From Nitrosococcus oceani ATCC 19707 (GTDB lineage Bacteria > Pseudomonadota > Gammaproteobacteria > Nitrosococcales > Nitrosococcaceae), in contig NC_007484.1 of assembly GCF_000012805.1 (NCBI RefSeq), positions 540,001 through 572,000 on the forward strand: a stretch of 32,000 nucleotides of DNA, in the 5' to 3' direction. Below are positions 28,010-32,000 of this stretch, in pieces (the first letter of the stretch is position 1; every line of letters begins with the position of its first letter). The notes beneath the pieces were generated by a model. It ran no database searches. It was not told the DNA's origin and saw only the letters and a program-made list of their open reading frames with translations. A program made the translations under genes and the position numbers.

Positions 28010-28657
28010 ATGGCCTTCTATGATGAATTGAACGACGAGAGCAACTTCGTTGCTTCATTTACAAGTAATTCGAAGGGAGACTTTGGCGTTTTCGCCAAGG
28101 GATACCGGCTCGGCGCGGAGCGGCTCGCCGAATCTCTTACCAGTGCGCACAGGTTTGCAGACTATGAGGCGTATCCGGTCGTCTTCTTATATCGGCACGC
28201 CCTTGAGCTTTCGCTCAAACATATTATTTACAGCGCTGCCCTGATTAGCGCATTTCAATTCTCCCCTAGTGCAGACGGCCGTCTTAAGAACGATCATCGT
28301 CTCCCGCCCTTAGCATCAGGAGTCGCTCAAGTGTTAGAGCTTCTGTTCCCAAAGGAAGGCTCCCTTGGGCTGCTGATGCGCGAAATCTCTGAAATCTGCG
28401 ATGATTGGCGCAATCTTGATCCGCATTCTTATGCGTACCGCTATCCGATCGACATTCAAGGTAAACCTTCGACGAGGCAACACCAAGTCGTAAATCTTCG
28501 AAGCCTTGCTTTCCGTATGTCTACGGTCCTTGAATCATTGGAGACCGTTCACTTCGGCCTCAACATAGAGACTGATAAGGCACAGGAGATCTATGAGACA
28601 GTTCAGCAGATTATTGTGTCTATATCGCATCCCACTGACACTGAAAGTGAAGGCTAA
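28010..28657 (+). CDS. HEPN-like domain protein, unknown function (cassette E)
   Basis: 215 aa with RBS AGGAG. Three motifs occur in HEPN (PF05168-type) order: FLYRHALELSLKHII (cf. QQAxEKALKALL), RLKNDHRLPPL (Rx4H, cf. THDL) and HSYAYRYPID (cf. YYIxTRYPD). The stop TAA lies inside the GGCTAAC box of attC4. Confidence 0.6.
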   Translation: MAFYDELNDESNFVASFTSNSKGDFGVFAKGYRLGAERLAESLTSAHRFADYEAYPVVFLYRHALELSLKHIIYSAALISAFQFSPSADGRLKNDHRLPPLASGVAQVLELLFPKEGSLGLLMREISEICDDWRNLDPHSYAYRYPIDIQGKPSTRQHQVVNLRSLAFRMSTVLESLETVHFGLNIETDKAQEIYETVQQIIVSISHPTDTESEG

Positions 28658-28739
28658 CAAGGGCATACAGGCGACGGCAAACAGCATCCGCTCGTTCCCC
28701 GCTCCCGCTGTCTGCCATTCCTGGTACTTATCGTTAGGT
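28652..28739 (+). other. attC-like recombination site 4 (88 nt)
   Basis: GGCTAAC...GGCAAACAGC...GCTGTCTGCC...TATC-GTTAGGT. CTAAC/GTTAG are complementary, and the inner 10-bp stem has one mismatch. Confidence 0.6.
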
Positions 28740-28882
28740 TTCTTGGTAACCAAGACTCTTTTTTGAGGGTTGTAATGAGATGATCCAGAACGTAAGGTAG
28801 ATACTGCCAGCCGATATCGTATTCGCATACGACTTCTCTGTATTCTCTCCGGCAATCAAATGACGAATGGCGCTATGCTTTC

Positions 28883-29686
28883 ATGGACGATGACGAGTTT
28901 CGAGAATCGCTGAAAGGAGACCCTGTACAGGCGGCGGAAATCTATTGGAAGGAAATGCTGTATAGGGCGCACATCGTTTGTTTGGTATCAGCGTTCAAAA
29001 CACTGCGTTGGATCGAAGCACTCGATTCAACTTTCGAGAACTACTATGGTTTTTGCACGTCGTTGCGCGGGCTAATTGAATCTTGTTCCGACGCATTCTA
29101 TACCCTGCGGTCAACTCCGCTAACGCTAGCGCGAGACTTCTTTGTGATAAAGGAGCAGATCAACCGACGGTCTGGTGTGATTACGCTTCATGAGAATCTT
29201 GAAGGGCTGTTACTTCATTATATCCAGGCGACAAGACTGAGTCCGTCTCAAAAGAGGCAATATCCTGACTCGTTCAGCGCAAAATCCGTCAGGGACTATT
29301 TGTCCACGATGGATAATGAGAAACTGGATCATTTATATCAATGGCTGTGTGGTATTGCGCACCCCGCATACGAATCCACAAGGATCTTCCTTTTTTGTTA
29401 TGAAGGGCAAACTATTGTATGCAACGATAGTTACGAGATGGAAAGAGTGTTGATCAGGGATATTCTACAAGCCTATGCACCTGCGCTTACAAAAATGATA
29501 CGGACTTACATGAATAACCTGATTTCTATATTTATGTTGCTAAACGAGTTCGAAATCGAAAACATCGTTACCACGGTAGATAATGAGTCAGAGTTCAAGG
29601 AAACAGCGATATGGGCAGAAGTTCAACAATACATATACGAGTCGGAGTTTCTGTATCGACATGGTCACTACGAACAAAAAACATAA
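28883..29686 (+). CDS. All-alpha orphan protein with AbiV/DUF5677-like motif pair, unknown function (cassette F)
   Basis: 267 aa. SLRGLIESCSDAFYTL and LYQWLCGIAHPAYES resemble the two conserved helices of AbiV/DUF5677-type proteins (from memory). The RBS is weak. The stop TAA lies inside the ACATAAC box of attC5. Confidence 0.6.
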   Translation: MDDDEFRESLKGDPVQAAEIYWKEMLYRAHIVCLVSAFKTLRWIEALDSTFENYYGFCTSLRGLIESCSDAFYTLRSTPLTLARDFFVIKEQINRRSGVITLHENLEGLLLHYIQATRLSPSQKRQYPDSFSAKSVRDYLSTMDNEKLDHLYQWLCGIAHPAYESTRIFLFCYEGQTIVCNDSYEMERVLIRDILQAYAPALTKMIRTYMNNLISIFMLLNEFEIENIVTTVDNESEFKETAIWAEVQQYIYESEFLYRHGHYEQKT

Positions 29687-29735
29687 CAATGGGTTCAGTT
29701 CATAATAATGAACTTGTGTGAAGTAGAGGTTGGGT
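29681..29735 (+). other. attC-like recombination site 5 (55 nt, classic 59-be size)
   Basis: ACATAAC-AATGG-GTTC-AGTTCAT-AATA-ATGAACT-TGTGTGAAGTAGAG-GTTGGGT. The next ORF starts 5 nt downstream. Confidence 0.6.
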
Positions 29736-29740
29736 AAACT

Positions 29741-29970
29741 ATGACTGTGAACTACAGAGATAGAATAACATTGGAACCGGGTAAGAGGTCCGGGAAGCCA
29801 TGCGTAAGGGGTCTTCGGATAATGGTTTACGATGTGTTGGGGTCCTCGCCTCAGGAATGAGCGTTGATGAAATCCTTGCTGATTTCCCGGACTTGGAGCG
29901 GGAAGATATACTGGCTTGTTTAGCCTATGCGGCCGATCCGCGCCATAGCATTGTTCCCAAGTCAGCATAG
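29741..29970 (+). pseudogene. DUF433-type antitoxin, frameshifted (cassette G)
   Basis: MTVNYRDRITLEPGKRSGKPCVRGLRIMVYDVLG (29741-) stops at 29858-60. The expected continuation LASGMSVDEILADFPDLEREDILACLAYAAD.. is in the +1 frame and ends at TAG 29968-70. The shift lies near 29838-29845. Confidence 0.7.
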
Positions 29971-30339
29971 AAGATCCTGCTGGATCAAAATTTATCGCCG
30001 AAACTATGCGATAGACTGGCTCCTGATTATGAAGCAATTCACGTCCGTAATATTGGTACGGGTTCAGCGAGTGATGTCGAAATATGGAATTATGCGGCGA
30101 AAAATAACTACTCTATAGTTGCTAAGAATGAAGTTTTTAACGGCTTGTCACAAGTAAAGGGATTTCCTCCGCATGTTATATGGGTGCGATTGGATAATTT
30201 TTCTACAAATAATGTCTTGAATATGTTAAAGAATAATCATTCGGCTATAGTTCAGATAATTGAGAGTGCTGAAGCCAGTATAATAAGGCAAGCGACGGCT
30301 GCCGGGAACAGCCAAGCGAGACTTAGCCGTAAACTCTAA
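29971..30339 (+). pseudogene. DUF5615 / Mut7-C-like PIN-fold toxin partner of DUF433, lacking a start codon (cassette G)
   Basis: The open frame KILLDQNLSPKLCDRL..DVEIWNYAAKNNYSIVAKN..PPHVIWVRLDNFS.. begins directly after the TAG of the upstream gene (..GCATAGAAGATC..). The first ATG/GTG/TTG in frame is at 30145 (codon ~59). Confidence 0.65.
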
Positions 30340-30370
30340 AATGTTTATCTAAAGGAGCCATCTACTCTAT

Positions 30371-30940
30371 ATGCCACAATTCCTGCTAGGTCTCGCGTTA
30401 TTCTTCGGCATGCATTCTATATCCATCGTAGCCTTGCCGCTACGTGATCAATTGGCGGCAAAAAGCGAAATCGGATGGAAAATACTGTATGGCAGTGTCT
30501 CTCTCATTGGGATTATTCTCATATCAAGGGGTTACGTGGACCTAAGACAGGCACCCACTTTACTTTACGTATCACCTATTTGGTTGCATCATGTAGTTAC
30601 CATTCTTTTGCTGCCAACATTCATTCTTTTTCTTGCGCCATACTTTCCTGGGCGAATTAATAACACTGTAAAACATCCGCAGCTTGTCGCTGTGATGATT
30701 TGGGCCGTGGCGCACTTATTGGTAAACGGCACGTTAGCCGACCTATTGTTGTTCGGGTCGTTCTTGCTGTGGGCCATCGTAGATCGTATCTCGATGATGA
30801 ATCGAGCTACCCGCTCAGTACCCAGTGTGCCTCAATCGAAAGCAAACGACATTATCGTGGTTGTGGTTGGCTTGGCTGTATATGCGGCAATCGTTTTCTG
30901 GCTTCATGAAACGCTGCTAGGCGTGAAGCCGCTCATCTAG
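30371..30940 (+). CDS. NnrU-family integral membrane protein
   Basis: 189 aa with RBS AGGAG. About five TM helices. KHPQLVAVMIWAVAHLLVNGTLADLLLFGSFLLWA resembles the NnrU signature. Confidence 0.65.
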   Translation: MPQFLLGLALFFGMHSISIVALPLRDQLAAKSEIGWKILYGSVSLIGIILISRGYVDLRQAPTLLYVSPIWLHHVVTILLLPTFILFLAPYFPGRINNTVKHPQLVAVMIWAVAHLLVNGTLADLLLFGSFLLWAIVDRISMMNRATRSVPSVPQSKANDIIVVVVGLAVYAAIVFWLHETLLGVKPLI

Positions 30941-31040
30941 GTACTTTGCCAAATTGGAACCATTCCGGTCCGGGGTACTACCCAATTTCGACCCGACAGG
31001 CGCGAAAATAGGTTTAGCATTTTTTCTTAAGGAGAAAACA

Positions 31041-31487
31041 ATGTCAGAAACTGTAAGTAATATTCTCATAGAAGCCATTAACGATGAGTACAAGGCACGT
31101 GCAACATATCGCCATGTCATTCGTAAGTTCGGTGAAATACGCCCCTTCATTAATATCGTAGAAGCGGAAAGCCGACATATCGAAGCATTGTTACCTTTGT
31201 TTCATAAATATGGTGTTGCTGTTCCAGGAGATAATTGGGCTTCACGAATTGAAGCGCCTTTATCTGTTCTGGAAGCCTGTCAGATAGGAGTCGAAGCGGA
31301 AATCGAAAACGCAAACATGTACGATAGGTTGCTTGAATCGACAGCAGATTATCCAGACGTTCGGAGGGTGCTCGTCCAATTACAAAGAGCATCAATTGAT
31401 AATCACCTTCCTGCTTTTCGCCGATGCGTTGAAAGAGGCGGAAGTCCGGGGCAAGGTTGGCAACACGGCCATCGCCACGATGCCTGA
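31041..31487 (+). CDS. Ferritin-like (DUF2202-type) four-helix protein
   Basis: ATG at 31041 with RBS AAGGAG. AINDEYKARATY..AESRHIEAL..EAEIENANMYD..ASIDNHLPAF matches paired ExxH-type di-iron helices. The ORF-track start at 30954 is rejected. Confidence 0.65.
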   Translation: MSETVSNILIEAINDEYKARATYRHVIRKFGEIRPFINIVEAESRHIEALLPLFHKYGVAVPGDNWASRIEAPLSVLEACQIGVEAEIENANMYDRLLESTADYPDVRRVLVQLQRASIDNHLPAFRRCVERGGSPGQGWQHGHRHDA

Positions 31488-31844
31488 GGACAACTAAAAA
31501 ATCATCGGCGGTGATGACATGGCATGATAGCTCGGTCCAGTGTCAGTTTATGGCAACCGGCTGCTACTCGCGTCGGAATTTGTCAAAGCAACGCCTATGT
31601 TAGCATTCGATCAACCGAACAGTTCTTTTAACTGGAGGGGTCTTACCTTTGCGATGACAGGCTGGTGGGAGGCTGGGAAGTAATAAGGCGCGCGGAGGTT
31701 GCTACCCAGGTGAGAGTCTTGCGTGCTAAGTCGTGGCTAGCCCGAAGCACTTGTCGGGGGGGAATGGCCGAGGCAATGGCTAGCCTGGAAACGTGGTAGC
31801 AAGCAACCGGTCCAATACTACATTGAAATCAAAAGGAGCTGATC

Positions 31845-32000
31845 ATGTCGTCACATTCCGGGGTTCAGGTAAAGTTAGCGGACGTTCATCTCTGTTGCCA
31901 AGGCTGCGTGGATGCGGTTAATACCGCGCTCATGAGCGTGGATGGCGTAGATTCTGGTTGCGACAGGGAGAAGGGGACCGTGACGTTCACAGCCAACGAC
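31845..32000 (+). CDS. Heavy-metal-associated (HMA) domain protein, 5' part; continues beyond the window
   Basis: RBS AAGGAG. MSSHSGVQVKLADVHLCCQGCVDAVNTALMSVDGV.. shows the beta-loop-helix CxxC metal-binding pattern. Confidence 0.55.
   Translation, partial: MSSHSGVQVKLADVHLCCQGCVDAVNTALMSVDGVDSGCDREKGTVTFTAND

Noticed and set aside
29588-30037. 149-aa minus-strand ORF antisense to the DUF433/DUF5615 cassette. There are similar antisense or shadow ORFs elsewhere (for example 28535-28855, 7149-7478, 3649-4113, 8834-9199, 20126-20503).
   Set aside because: They lie antisense to ORFs with clear homology, have odd composition (Pro/Arg/Ser-rich shadow-frame look) and show no motifs.
30286-30328. 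Palindrome AGGCAAG-CGAC-GGCTG-ccgggaa-CAGCC-..-CTTAGCC at the end of the last TA cassette, considered as a sixth attC.
   Set aside because: It has AAG/CTT instead of the AAC/GTT core triplets in either orientation. It may be a dead attC or just a hairpin, so I did not call it as a feature.
31497-31600. 29-codon ORF (ATGACATGGCAT..) and hairpin TCATC-GGCGGT-GATGA after the ferritin-like gene.
   Set aside because: The ORF has no RBS or motif. The hairpin has only 5 bp and no T-run, so I did not call a terminator.
31497-31844. Assignment of the HMA leader to a named riboswitch class (cobalamin, TPP, NiCo, Mn, Moco, fluoride).
   Set aside because: None of the conserved core sequences I recall for these classes is present. 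I kept it only as an unclassified structure candidate.
1-32000. Searches for a CRISPR array, rRNA genes, a tyrosine-recombinase/IntI gene, and a direct repeat of the tRNA-Met 3' end.
   Set aside because: I saw no regularly spaced direct repeats, no rRNA-like sequence, no ORF with R..HxxR..Y recombinase motifs, and no second copy of the tRNA 3' end by eye. A computational scan could still find short repeats that I missed.

Overview
The window looks like a gammaproteobacterial chromosome of roughly 50% GC by eye. The block TPR-lipoprotein/lolB/ispE/tRNA-Gln/prs/rplY/pth/ychF follows the order known from Pseudomonas and relatives; a Chromatiales/Nitrosococcus-like origin is only a guess. Positions 1-18946 are conserved housekeeping and all intact: gcvT (3' part), argH, hemC-hemD-hemX-hemY, minCDE, prfA-hemA, and the block above ending in an elongator tRNA-Met. 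Everything to the right of tRNA-Met is accessory. It holds a secreted di-haem cytochrome c of the peroxidase/MauG type and a decayed IS200/IS605 element (short tnpA; tnpB with a nonsense codon and a frameshift). It also holds a cation:proton antiporter and a ~690-nt ORF-free stretch. The main finding is at ~26.15-30.34 kb: a co-oriented array of small ORFs separated by imperfect palindromes with the architecture of integron attC sites (RYYYAAC ... GTTRRRY). No integron integrase is present in the window, so this is CALIN-like. The cassette cargo is:
- a Zn-ribbon/2-TM protein;
- an RHH-PIN (VapBC-like) pair whose toxin has a 1-nt 3' frameshift;
- a membrane-anchored coiled-coil protein;
- a solo HEPN-like protein;
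- a 267-aa all-alpha orphan with AbiV/DUF5677-like motifs;
- a decayed DUF433/DUF5615-type toxin-antitoxin pair.
The orphan cassettes are the best candidates for an undescribed defence or abortive-infection function. The window ends with NnrU-like, ferritin-like (DUF2202-type) and HMA-domain genes, the last preceded by a 350-nt structured-looking leader. All domain calls rest on motif recognition from memory, not database searches.
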